A stretch of DNA of 63,055 nt, filler included, from Reticulomyxa filosa (GCA_000512085.1; 18 parts of 18 records of this genome joined end to end with filler, not necessarily neighbours in it); one strand, 5' to 3'; positions 9,580 to 22,310 are shown, counted from the whole stretch's first letter. Made by a program: numbers and translations. Notes: generated by a model not told the origin, from the letters alone.

Positions 9580-12242
9580 TTACAATTGCAATTGGGAATA
9601 TGTTTTTTTAAGCTTTTTATCCAGTTCTTCTTCTTGATCCTTTAACTTAGTAATTTCTTTATTGATTGAATCACGAAGTTTCTGTTTTAAAACTTCGTGG
9701 TCAGTCTCAGTGCCGAGTGAGTGATCAACAGGAAGTATTGTAGTCTCCAGGCCTGGTGTTGGAATTTGTTTGGAAAATACATGTTCGGACGGCCAATGCT
9801 CACAGCTTTTGTTACATACGTATTTTTCAACATAAGAAAAACATATTATGCTAGCAACGCCTCCAACGGCCAATGTTGGAACAGCACCTGCCCAAGCAAT
9901 CGCTCCAACAAGAGCACCTTTTGCAGCCATAGCTACTCCACCACCTTTTGCAACTATCAATCCAAAGGCTCCAGCTTTAGCAGCTATGGCACCACCTCCA
10001 GCGGCTGCAGCTGTACGCAAAAATGCGGAAGCTGCAAGTTTATTGAAAACAGCACATTCTCGTATGTCATCTGTATCTCTCTTGTTGCAATTTCTGCAAC
10101 AAGATTCAGTTCCGATAGGGCATTTCAAACAGATGACATGCACCTATTGAAAAGAGAGTGTTTCGAAACAAAGCAAAAAAAAAAAACAGAGGACGTAACA
10201 AGACAAATAAACAAGTTAACTTCGTCGTTATCAGTTCGTTTCAATTTCCATGGCTTAAAAACAACTTGAAAAGTTTGGAGTTCTTCAATGGTCCGATTCT
10301 CTTTCACGATTGAATCAGAAGTGCTCTCCAATTTGCGAATCATTAACTTTATATTCTCTCCTATAATCTGGAATTGTAAACATTCCAACTTTCTTTTATT
10401 GTATTGGAACCTTTCATCTTTGAGCATTTTTCCTTGATAAAGCTTTTTATTTCATTTATATAGTGTGAAGTATATACATATGTATGTATACGTATATGGT
10501 GTATATTGGCTATAAAACTGGAAGTTTTGAGCATTTAGTCAATATTTCGTGGATCTGTTGTTTTGCCTTATCGAAAGGGGTTTTACATAGGTTTACGTTG
10601 TCTGGAGTCATGGTAAAGTTGGAGGTATATCTGGAATTGTCCATAAACACATGATCGCACGAATGCAACTCTGTCTTTTCAAGATTTTTCAAAATTTCTT
10701 TACCAGGTTCGATCAGAGTGTGTGTAAACACCACAAAGAAATTGGTTTTGGAATCGAGAGACAAATTGTCGGTATAGTGTTTAATTTGGTCTTGCAATGG
10801 TTTTGATTCTCGATTCCAAGTCCCAGGGATAGTAAAGATAACGGCATTGAATTCTATACGCTCTACAAAATCCAATATTTGTTTACGGTATTGATTGTCT
10901 TGCTCTTTTCCTTTGGGATCAAAAAAACCTGGAGTGTCAATAATATCTACATCAAAGTCTTCATTGTAATAATTGAAGATGTCACACTCGATCGATTGGC
11001 CCTCTGTGAGTTCGGGTATTATCTTGTTTCTGTTTTTACGTTCTTGCGTTTCTCGATCCGACGTTGACATTACTTCTTCAAACGATTTGTCCTCCAAATA
11101 GTCTTGAATTGCAAAGCGTAATGTCGTCTTCCCTGATCCACTTTGTCCAATTAACAATAATTTCACCTTTGTATTTCCCTTTATCGACATTACATCTCTA
11201 ATTTTTTTTAAATTTATATTTATTCTTTATATTGCAAATTGTTTGCTTTCAACAAATAGCGAACCTCAAAATTCCTTTCAATTCGTTTTTCCATTCCTTT
11301 TGTATTTTCAAACTTGGACTGGGTCTACCTTCCATCTTTCGTTTTACTGCGTCTATGCTCTTACGCAGTGGTCCTCTTTTTGGCGATTTTTTGAGCTTGT
11401 TCACTTTTGCTTCAACTGTTTCGAGCAATTCTCTAATCTCTCTTTTTATTTCTGTTTCCACTTCTTTCTTTTCATCTTCGTCCTCCTCGATTTTTTCCTC
11501 CTCTTTTTTTCTTCTTCTTTTTTTTCTGCCTCTTTTTCATCGTCCCATATCACGTCCAAGTGCGTCATCGACTGATCCGCTTGCATTTTACTGCCCAGTA
11601 TCATCGCATGAATTACTGTCCCTTGCATAACTGCACTATTGCAATGCTTGTCGACGCACACATCTGAAATGCCTACATGCTTTTCGATCAACTCACGGAG
11701 TTTGGGAATCTTGGTGCACCCTCCAACCAAATATACTGCGTCTATGTCTGTTTTGAATGTCCCTCCTTTTTCCAATACCTCATCCACACTCTGCAAGCAT
11801 TTCAAAAAATGATCTTTGCAGAGCTCTTCAAATCTTTATTTTGTTTTGTTTTTACATTCATATTACATATACATATATATATATACATATATGTATATAT
11901 ACTTAGTGCGAGAAAGGTTAAATTGAAAGTTTTTTCCTTGATGGAAATCGCGAATTACTTTTTTATATGTTTTTTGAGTGCTCAGTTTTGCTTGTGCCTC
12001 AACACAATGACTACGTAGTATCTCCACGACCTTTACGTCTCGGGTTAATTCGTCGTAGTGATCTTTGTTATTGTTTGTAAACTGTCCGGCCATATACGCA
12101 ACCAATCGATTGGTTATGTCTTCGCCTCCAAACTTGACACTTTCTGTCACCGCTTCCATTTTGATTTTCTTCTCTTCAATGTGTGCCAAAGACACACCCA
12201 ACTTCCCACTTCCCCAATCCACAATCACCACTTTTTTGCTCG
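9580..12242 (-). CDS. 5'-truncated multi-exon fusion gene: Hsp70-like NBD + acidic linker + AIG1/GIMAP/septin-like P-loop GTPase + Cys-rich/glycine-zipper region + coiled coil
   Basis: Hsp70 motifs: VIVDWGSG, FGGEDITNRLV, LSRTKFEELC, YLVGGCTKIPK. GTPase motifs: GQSGSGKT, DTPG, VVFTH. Introns 11902-11834, 11264-11198, 10518-10443 and 10220-10144 are all GT..AG and phase-compatible. A 1-nt shift is needed in the A-run at 11504-11525. Confidence 0.7.
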
Positions 12243-12342
12243 NNNNNNNNNNNNNNNNNNNNNNNNNNNNNNNNNNNNNNNNNNNNTTAATTAATTAANN
12301 NNNNNNNNNNNNNNNNNNNNNNNNNNNNNNNNNNNNNNNNNN
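12243..12342. other. Artificial contig spacer N44-TTAATTAATTAA-N44 (first of 17)
   Basis: Identical 100-nt spacers start at 12243, 18745, 20480, 22058, 27899, 31113, 33666, 36254, 44542, 47466, 49182, 50421, 52634, 55259, 58694, 60333 and 61731. TTAATTAATTAA places stops in all six frames. Confidence 0.98.
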
Positions 12343-12431
12343 AAGATAAAGAATAAAGATAAAGAAAAAGATAAAGATAGAGATAAAGATAAGGATAAAG
12401 ATAAGGATAAGGACAAGGACAAAGACAAAGC
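12343..12431 (+). repeat. Coding (GAT/GAC AAA/AAG)n repeat encoding a poly-DK tract
   Basis: aaagataaagaataaagataaagaaaaagataaagat...gacaaggacaaagacaaa at the contig start. Confidence 0.8.
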
Positions 12432-15400
12432 TAAAGCAGAAGAAGAGGCACAAGACAAAAAAAAAGAACCTGATTTTTCATTAAGACAACCTCTCCCAAC
12501 AGCGTCCCCATTGACTCGATTATTGGTGTTGATCCAAAGAGAATTGGTATTGAAAGCAAACTCTCGCAAGTTGTCCACACATAATGACGTGAAATTACTG
12601 CAGCAATATACACAGCAATTGATTCAGGGCACAATAATGGCATTGACCCAACATGTGTATCCACTTTATGGAGAATACAGAACAGAGTGCTTAAATATCA
12701 TTGGACAAAGCTTCATTGCCAAAGTGTTTTTGCCATTGCTAACAGTATTGTCTGGAACCATGTTTGTGGATTTGTTCAGACAAATGATTGAAAGTTAAGA
12801 ATTTCTTTTTTTTCTCATTTTCAACAATACTGTTGATGTCTTTGTGCTTGCCAAACTAAAAATGACAATATTTTTTTTGCTATCAATTTGCATAGACGTG
12901 TGGAAAGACTTGGTTGAAGTATTGCGCATAATAGATGATTTTTGCAATAAAGATACAACAATAGCAAGTGAATTAGATCATTTACACGCAGTGGAACCTC
13001 TTCCTGGTGATAACTTTGTGTTTGTTGAGTCTCCTCATTCTTATTTGCCCAATACTTTGGACGAAAAGTTGGTATCCATGCCAGGTGCCGACTTTTTAGT
13101 GTTGCAGTTTGACGAACGCTGCAATACTGAACGTGGCCAAGATTATTTGGAGCTGTGTTTAACTGATGGTACACCTATATGTAGTGAGTTGCATGGACCT
13201 CCGCCAGAATGGAACAAAACCCCTTTGATCATTCATTATAGTGAAATTGTGTTCCGCTTTACATCTGGGCTGTCTGGTGCCCAAAGTCGTAATTATTGGG
13301 GTTACGGTTGTTTGGTTACGGGAATCAAATTTGGTCATTATCCAAATCACTCCATTATGTTGGATTTGTTGCATACCACGGCAAATGTGGTTGGAAAAGT
13401 TAGCATTTTTTTTCAATGTTTTTTTCTTTGTTACAATAAGAACACAAACAATGACAAAACAAATGTCGATACCATGTATTGTAAATAGAGTTTGAGAAGT
13501 GTCATGGTTGGCCCCGAACCTGATGACATTGAAAAGGCGCATTCCAAATGGCTTACATCTCCTTTGTTCAGCAGAGGTCGAGAAAAACATATCCTGGAAG
13601 AAAAATCTGAAAAAGATAAGGACGACAGCAAAGAAAAAGAACTCAAAAAACAAGAAAATGTAAATGTCGAGCGAAATGAAACTGTGGATAGTTCAAATGA
13701 TGTGAACCCTTTTTCAAAGAGTCCAGTCTCCTCATGGTCACAAGTTCCCTCTCATCAAGAGTTCTTAGGGGATCTTGCCTTAATGAAAGCAGATTCCAAA
13801 GCAATGGCGTTTTCTCGAAAAATGTTTGATCAACTGAAAAAAGAAGTAACAGATCGAATGGGAGGGAAAATTGTCGATCAAACAATACATTTTGCAATTG
13901 CCGCCATTATGAAACATCTTGGTTTGGTAGAAATTGCTACCAAATTTGCTTTGAGTGCAGATTCGGTGAGCAGCCTTGCCTTTGCTTTTGTATCTTGCTG
14001 CTTTTTGTGTCTGCATTCTTTTTAAAAAGTGTTGTTTTAAATTGCACAAAATAGACACCAAATCACTTGCAAAGTCAATGGAATCAAAAACTGTTATTCG
14101 TCTTCAAATTGGCAAAACGATTGCGACAATGGATTGTCAACGAAAAACAAACGCTACAGCAAGACCATGAAAGGATGATCATTGAGGCTTCTGAAAAAGG
14201 AAAGGAATTGGGAACACATCAAATCAAAGTTTTGTCAACTTTATTCACAAATTAATTATAAAATAATAATATACAGATAGCATACTGCAATGTTTGTCGG
14301 GATCATATCACGACTTAAAATAGACATCCGAAGAAAAAGCGACATATGAAGGGCTATGTAATGAAATGATTGAAAAAGCAAAGTTTTTGTTGTCAATGCG
14401 CCCCTATTGCCCAATGTATATGGAAGGATTGACATCAGATGAAGAGGTTCAAGATTTTTCATTTACAGTGCAGATATCAAAGCTCCAATCAATGGAAAGG
14501 CAAGCATCAGATATCAAATCTGAATTTGAATCGTGGAAAGCCGCATTTTCCACCTGGCAGACATTGAACACAATGATTTTCCATAAAAAACTAAAAAAAG
14601 AAAATTTGGGACAACAAATTTCCCTACCAGATTTGATTGTTACGTTCATTCAATCGAGCACACCTTTGCAGACGTATTTACGACTCGTCGAAACACACCA
14701 AAAGCGAGGCTCGCTGCGCGGCACTGTATTGCAAACTCTGTTGGAATTAATTGATATTCGTGAATTGGATGAATTGAAAATGATTGACAAATTAAGTGGC
14801 AAGCGCCAAAAATCGTTGAAAAGTCTGTCCGCCAAAATTACTGTGATTGGAGAATGGCGTTGTCCTTTACGCGAATTTGGAGACAAGGATGGCCCAAAAA
14901 CGGATCACTTTTTGAGTCACATTGAGTCGTGTGGCGAAGTCATTGAAAAGTCAGTTCGCAAAAATTGGGAAGCATTGTATGAATACTTTACTCATTTGAT
15001 CAGAGTTTAGCTTTGTTTTTTTTAATTCACTCAACAAACAAAATCCAATGATCTCGCACACATGGATATGTGTATAGAGCCCTATTGCACCATTATCATT
15101 GAAACAACAAGCTCTCAATAGCTGGGCAGTTGTATTAACACAAGGAGAAGAAGTATTTGTGTCAAACTGCAAAGTAATTGATTTGCTTCATGACATATTG
15201 GCTCAATACATTTTAATTTTGGATAAAGTATGGTCAGCAGGTGCCGACAAAACAAAGGTATCATCGACAATGATCAATGAAGCTAAATCAGACTCGACAG
15301 ATAATAACAAGCCGGCAATACAAGCACTTTTCCCTAGCATAGGTATTGATTGGACCATATTGTCACCTCACCAAAAAGATGCAACCTTGCGACTTGTGGA

Positions 15401-18400
15401 ATGTTTATGCACATTGCTATCAATGGTCTTGGTCGGTTTCCATCCTCAAGGAACCAAAGTTGCCTCGCCCCCGACTCCTAATAACTTGAACTTGCAAAAT
15501 TTGCAATTATGTATATTGTCGCATTTGCACAACGAAGTGAAGGATCACATTTTCCTATTGTCGTCAGCACGTGAAAAAGGTCACACAAACGCACACTCTC
15601 AAGTCCCTGGCGATGAATCATTAATTTGGGATACACAAGCAGATGTTCGATTTGTCATGACAGAGTTTGACCGCAACTTTTTGGAAATTGAAGAATTGTG
15701 TTATAAGCAATTGGTAGAAATTCGTGCATTGACATATCATGCTAACAATACTGCACAGTCGTTTTTGAAATCAAAAAAATTTTTGCAGACTTTAGTCGAC
15801 TCATTGACACATGGATCACCACGAATTAAGCGATTAGCCGTGGTAATATTACGTGATATTTTGCAATTTTTATCTCCAGCAGAATCAACGGAATTGGATT
15901 TGCTGAGCATTTTGCAAAGCCAGCCCCCAAAGCAATCGAGCACAGCCGAGTCGAAAGAGCCCGAAAAAAAAACATTGTCAGCATTACAATTTTTGAATGA
16001 AACGCAAAGTATGATGGAAGAAGAAAGTCATGGCCACAAAAGCAGCCCATTGGACTTGATTAATTACCTGTTGGAAACTGCCGGTAGTTTGCTGTTGGTC
16101 CATGATGACTATGCTTCAAAAAACTTGAAGAGTGAATGGTCTGCATTAGATCATACGTTGCGATTGTCTGCAGAAGTAAAGCGAGATTTGGGATTAGAAT
16201 TTATCATGTTGGTTCGTTCATTGATCCAGGCACCAAACTGGAGGCATTTGGTAACGGGAGGTATTTACGAGACATTAAAACAAGCATCAGATATTATTGA
16301 TTTGGAAAATGGAGCCATTGTAAAAGAGCAGCTGGGTGGGCCAGATAATTCCACATTGGCAAACACTGAAAACAATGGATTGGCAAGTCAAACCTATTTG
16401 CAAGTGAAGCGATTGGTTGGATGTCTTGGTGTGTTAGGTGGACATATTGACAGATTGCGTCCAGGATGTCGCGTGGAACTCAAGATCAACGAAGAAGAAG
16501 ATGATCATATGATTGAACGCGGTTTCTGTTTATCTGTGAGTCGATCCACTGGACTCTGTTCCGTACTATTTGATAATGTTAAAAAACCAGTCACAATCGA
16601 AATTAAAAAAGTATCATCGAAAAGCGAAATCAATCCTTTGGGATGTATCCCGGTTACAAGAGAGCTCTTGTCTAATTTTGCCATATTCACACAACCGATT
16701 CATATGGACACTCGCGATCCGCGAAAGATTTCCAGTCGACCTGCAACTGAAAATAAGGCCCCTGCATCCAGTACTACTGAAGCCAAGCCAGTCCAAACTA
16801 ATGAAAAAGTGGTAGATGCACCGGTCGAAGAAGAACCATTACCGACTACATGGGAATGTCCTATTTGCACCCTTGTCAATCCTATGGTCTTGTCGGCGTG
16901 TGAAGCTTGTCAAACACCCAACCCAACCCCAAGTCAACGCACTGCGCCTTCCCAGCAGCGCTCTTTTGAAATATCACAGTTTAGTTCGACAGGCAACAAT
17001 GAAAATGAAGCAAAAGAAGAAAAAGGAATTGACATCCCACAAATGGTGCCAGAACCAGCGCTCGAACAATTGTTGTTTTACCAACTGCGGTCATTGGGTT
17101 TGAAGGCACTTTGTTGTTTGTTGCAACAACCAGAGGCAACCAAGTTAATCTTGGAAGAGAAACAAGGATTAGAAAAAATCTTGCCACATTTATTGTCAAT
17201 TGCAACCAGACCAGTGGATCTGGATCAATATCGCAGTGTGGAATTTTTGGAAGAGCAAGAAGATCGCTTGTTGGAAATATTGCATGACAAACCACTTAAT
17301 TTGGAAGATCGAATTCCCAAATCGGCTGCACAAATGACTCAAAAGCAATTGTTGAAATTTTCACCATTTCGAACATTGCAAGTGCATTTGCCAAGTCGCT
17401 TGGACACGGAATCAGCAAGCGGAGTCATTTTCTCAAGAAGTCACGAATTCCGAATCATGTTCAAAAAGACACACAACAATATGGTTGGATACTGTCGAAC
17501 AAACAATTTAATACCACTGTCCATACCAGGGTATTACTTTGAAGTGAAAATATTGAAGCTTGGAAATATATCCAACGAAAACAAGGACAATAATGCTCCC
17601 CCTGATGACAGTGTCACTCGTGATGAAAAGAGTTGGAAAATTGCAGTCGGTTTGTGGCGCGCTGGCATGAACTTCCAAGGGGATTGCGGTGACCAAAACA
17701 GCTATGCCTATGGAGCGACAGGTTATGCTTACAGCACAGTTTCACGAAAGCGAGTATCGCTCGATTTAGAAGAGGACTTTGGTGAAGGTGATGTGGTTGG
17801 TGTGGGCTGGGATCAGAGAGAGAGAGCAATTTACTTTACAAAAAATGGAGTTTTGCTTGGCTCGAAGAGTTGGTTTGATGAAGTGAATGGTCAATTTTAT
17901 CCAATGATATGGCTACAAGCAGACGGTGCACAAGTTTCAGTGAACTTGGGACAAGAGGCCATGAGCTTCAACATCGAAGAGTTGTTGGGCGCTTCCGAAC
18001 TTCAAAAACTGAAGAATGAAAACCAAGTCCAATATAGTGAAGCAGAAATCCAACGACGCACAATGGCAGAAGAGTTGGTTCGTATGATGGGTGACATATT
18101 CCCATTAGAGTTTGCCGTCGTCACTTTGGAGCAATGTCATGACGACATGGCAATGGCTGCAGACTACCTTGTGAACAATGCATCACGAGAATTGGATCGA
18201 ATCGCACAAAACCTTTCTCGAAACAATCCTCAAGAGGATGATGGATTACAGCCACAGGATGAAATCAAAGACGACAACAAAAACGCAGACGCAGATGATG
18301 AACAAACCGGACTTATGGCTTTTATTGCAAACAATTTGGATGACGCCGCAGGTGGAGACAATGTTGGCAGAGGTGGACGCGCAGGTGGAGAGAATTTGTT

Positions 18401-18744
18401 AGAAGATGAAGTGGACGCCCAATTACCAGTTGGATTGACGGTGGAAGAAATTGCTGCAAATGCAAATTTCCGAAATCAGGAACAAGCTGAAAATCAGCAT
18501 CGACGAGCACCAGCAAATGAAGAGGATGATAACAGTCGTAGACAAATTGGAATTGGAAGTCGCTTGAGACAACAATTACCTCCGATTCAAATACAAAAAA
18601 TACTCCCTGGTCAACATTTATCTATTTGGAGTGATGCCCATCGCATATGCCACGAGTTATGGCAAAAAGATTGGAAAAGACTGCAAGGAAAGACAGGCAT
18701 TGTGCAATCAGTAGATGTCAATAACAGTTAAAAAAAAAAAAAAA
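12343..18744 (+). CDS. Internal part of a giant multidomain protein (CUB-like, RanBP2-type Zn finger, SPRY, UBA-like); probably a HECTD4/HERC-like E3 ligase, truncated at both contig ends
   Basis: VESPHSY...FDERCNTERGQDYLEL...FRFTS...WGY (CUB-like); WECPICTLVNPMVLSACEAC (RanBP2 ZnF); YYFEVKI...FGEGDVVGVGWD...IYFTKNG...FYPMI...VNLGQ (SPRY); ELVRMM..FP....LEQCHDDMAMAADYL (UBA). Five in-frame GT-AG introns. No HECT domain is visible in the window. Confidence 0.75.
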
Positions 18745-19891
18745 NNNNNNNNNNNNNNNNNNNNNNNNNNNNNNNNNNNNNNNNNNNNTTAATTAATTAA
18801 NNNNNNNNNNNNNNNNNNNNNNNNNNNNNNNNNNNNNNNNNNNNAAATTCCTTCAATACAATGTCTCCTATTTGAATATGGCACAAAATGGTATTTAATG
18901 TGTAATGTAAATTACTTATTATGTATTAAATGAGTTTTTGCATTGTTCGGAAAAATGTGCTGACATACAAGAATGAAATAAACATAAATTGAATGCTATT
19001 ATTCCAGTTGTTATTTTTAAAAACTTTTCTTTTTCTTAGAAATTTCTTTATGTACTTTTGTAAATTGTGATCAAAATTGTAAAAATCTGTGAAGTTTATT
19101 TGAAAATTCTTATGAAAAACAATCAAAAAATATACTTTGAACAATGTCAGTTGGAGACATGTTTAAAGGAGAATATGGAAATTGATGTGAAAAAAAGATT
19201 GAAATGAAATTGAGCATGGTTTGTTTCTCTTTAATCCTTGTATTTAAGGAATGAACATTTTCAATTCAATAATTGAATGGCAATGACACCTTGCAAACTA
19301 GACTGCAACACTCAAATAGTAATATACATAAGACTTATTATATTTCCATTACAAATAGCAATACATAACAACACTGTATTTCTACCCGTTATTGCGTTGA
19401 ACAAGCTACATAGATTGATGTCAGAAGAGTGTTTTTGGAGCAAGTTCTTGTGAACAAGTCATGAATTGATTGGAAAAAAAACAATAAAAAGAATAAAAAA
19501 ATATTCATAGCTTATAAAAATCTGGTTTATTTGAATTTTTTTTAAAAATTATAATTGAGAAACTTAAGTGGACAATAAAATTGATATGATTTGTATCACA
19601 ATCAGTTTGTGGAATGAAATTATATATATGTGTATGTAGCATTTTCTTTTGCCAATAACAGCTCTAATGCAATCTTTTTCATAATAAAACTTAACAAATG
19701 ATAACTTGTATTTTAACATAAACAATAGAACTCTCATTGTTATTTGTTTTGTGTGGCAATTGAGCTGGAGTGAAAATTTCAAGAAAAGTAAAAAATAAAA
19801 CGTACCAGCAGAGAAAAAACTGGCGACAAGGAGAACAGGACCGGTTTGACGTGAGTTGATTGCAGTCTTTCAAAAGGAAAAATTGGAAAAA

Positions 19892-20377
19892 ATGCTCTCT
19901 CTATTTTGGGCATGTTCATGTTTACTGATTATTTTTGTCATAGTTGAGTGCGAAAAAAGTCAATGTAATTATGTAAGCCTAAGGATTGGCATAGTGGCAA
20001 TTGGAGAGTGTTTTGTTGCTTCGGACAGTCGTACAGAAAAGCAGTGGAGTTTTGATGTTCAATGTGACAGCAATGATCCACAATCGTTTCCATACTCGCA
20101 TATCTATTTGCACTCTTTGAATTGTTCTGGAGCCTCGTCTTCCACCGAAATTTGGAATACAACAAAGAAAGGTTCTTGCAACGAACAGCCAAAAAAAAAA
20201 AACGACACTATCAGGAGAGAAAAAAAAGGTAATACGAAAGAATAGGTTGATCACTCCCCCTAATGTTTGTGTGATATAATTTCCAAAAAAAAGAATGTGA
20301 AGCCAGAAATTGTAACAAAGTGAGATATCGTGAGTATGGCATTAAGAACAATCAGGATGGCCCTTGTAATGATTCAA
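19892..20377 (+). CDS. Secreted Cys-containing protein of unknown function (partial, multi-exon)
   Basis: Signal-peptide-like MLSLFWACSCLLIIFVIVEC followed by spaced Cys and N-glycosylation sequons. A further exon lies around 20293-20377; the contig ends shortly after. Confidence 0.5.
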
Positions 20378-22211
20378 GTTATATTTCAAACCAATCAAAA
20401 AAAAAAAAAAAAAGAATGATACGACCTCAAAGAGAAGAAGGGAGAAGGTTATTGCATTCAATTGAAAAAAGCAACGAACNNNNNNNNNNNNNNNNNNNNN
20501 NNNNNNNNNNNNNNNNNNNNNNNTTAATTAATTAANNNNNNNNNNNNNNNNNNNNNNNNNNNNNNNNNNNNNNNNNNNNGCCATGTTGTAAATGTTTAGG
20601 AAGTTTTTTAGTTTAATTTTTTTTAGAAAAAGGTCTGTGATCTGACCCTTTTTGAGAAAACAAAAAATATTTTACATTGAATTTTTTATTTGGTGGAAAA
20701 GTAATACCATTGTTAAACGTTGTTGTCTATCAATCAAGACTGAAATTGTGGCAGTCTTGAATAACGAAAATATCGGATGTTGTACTTTTCTTGAAATAAT
20801 TTATACTTGTGTAGCTTTAAATTGTATTTAGTCTTTATCCTTGTGTTAAGACTTACAAACAAGTTCGTTTTTAGTGAAATTTAAAAAAAGAGAGTTTTAT
20901 GGCATTTTATCCTTTCGTTTCTTTGCATTATAAAATGCTTGGCGTTTTTAATGGTGTTCTCCACTAATATGTGACCCGTGCTTCCATTAATTGGAGACTC
21001 CAAAAAAAGATTGCTTGTGGTTTTTTTATGAATCAAATAAAATCAGATTAAATTTGTTTCTTTCAACAAAGTTCTACTGCATTCCAATACATTCAAAAAG
21101 CATTGCATATTCGCCATTCTGTGGAGGAATATACAAAGACAATTTAAAAACGTTTAGAATAGATTTTTTTTAATTTAAAAAATACTGCATTTGGGAAAAT
21201 GTCAACGATTTGACATACCAAAATTACTTGTGACGATAGATTCTTAAAAGGCAAAAATAAAACAAGGATTTTAAGTTATACAAATACATACATTTTAAAA
21301 CTAATGTTACAACCAAAATCTTATTTTGCATTTTTTTTTAAACAAAAAATAAAAGTTAAATTTAAAAGAAGTGAAACAAATTCATCCTCATTGTAATACA
21401 TATATATTTGCATGTTATTTGAAACACATAGTAAAAAATAGAAATTACCTAAAGAGTTGATGGGAAGAAACAAAAAGAGTTTGATTTTAACTCAAATTTA
21501 AACATTATAATTTGGTCAAATTACCAATTTTGATATTGTCACTGTCAAATTGTCAAATTTTATTGAAAAAAAGCATTATTTCTCTTAAATAAGGTAAATT
21601 ACACTAAGGATGTTTTTTTTAAAAAGAAAACCAAGTGTATTTCCTTTTTATTGTTGTGCAATTTGGTAAAAGAAATATTCTTCAAAAACCACTCACAAAA
21701 GTAAATATTTGTGCGTTCGCATAACTTTGTTTTTTTAAAAGATTGGTTGACAAGGAAAAGATACATAACTACCGACTCATATGTTTATGTTTAGAACGTG
21801 TCGTTCAACTGGATTGTTTGCTATTTGTTTGAAATTACAGCAGACCTAAAAAGGTTCCCACTACTGTTGTTGGTTTATTGCAACATTAAATAATGTCAAT
21901 AATTTTCAAATTGAAAAATAAAATACATTGTAATTAAATCAAAATTTTAAAGAAAATATAATAGCTCACTCACAACAATAACTTCCCATTAATACTTTCG
22001 ATCAAATAATCATTTTATCGCTGATTTATTAATTATTTAGGAAATATGTAAAAAAAANNNNNNNNNNNNNNNNNNNNNNNNNNNNNNNNNNNNNNNNNNN
22101 NTTAATTAATTAANNNNNNNNNNNNNNNNNNNNNNNNNNNNNNNNNNNNNNNNNNNNATTACTTTGTTGTTTAAAAAAAGCTTCGTTCAATGTTTTTTTT
22201 ATTGTCCCAAC

Positions 22212-22310
22212 TGGTGACGATACTGTGCCATTCCGACCATCAATGAAACTAGCTTTCACCATACCACTGCCATTGTCAACAACAAACGCTTGTGTCCCCT
22301 TTCCGTCCAT
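22212..22310 (-). pseudogene. Actin/actin-related N-terminal fragment
   Basis: MDGKGTQAFVVDNGSGMVKASF matches the actin phosphate-1 loop (ALVVDNGSGMCKAGF), then diverges; the contig ends. Confidence 0.55.

Noticed and set aside
9721-10269. Plus-strand ORFs (182 aa and 100 aa) overlapping the glycine-zipper exon
   Set aside because: They are antisense shadows of an Ala/Gly-rich coding exon, with no independent motif.
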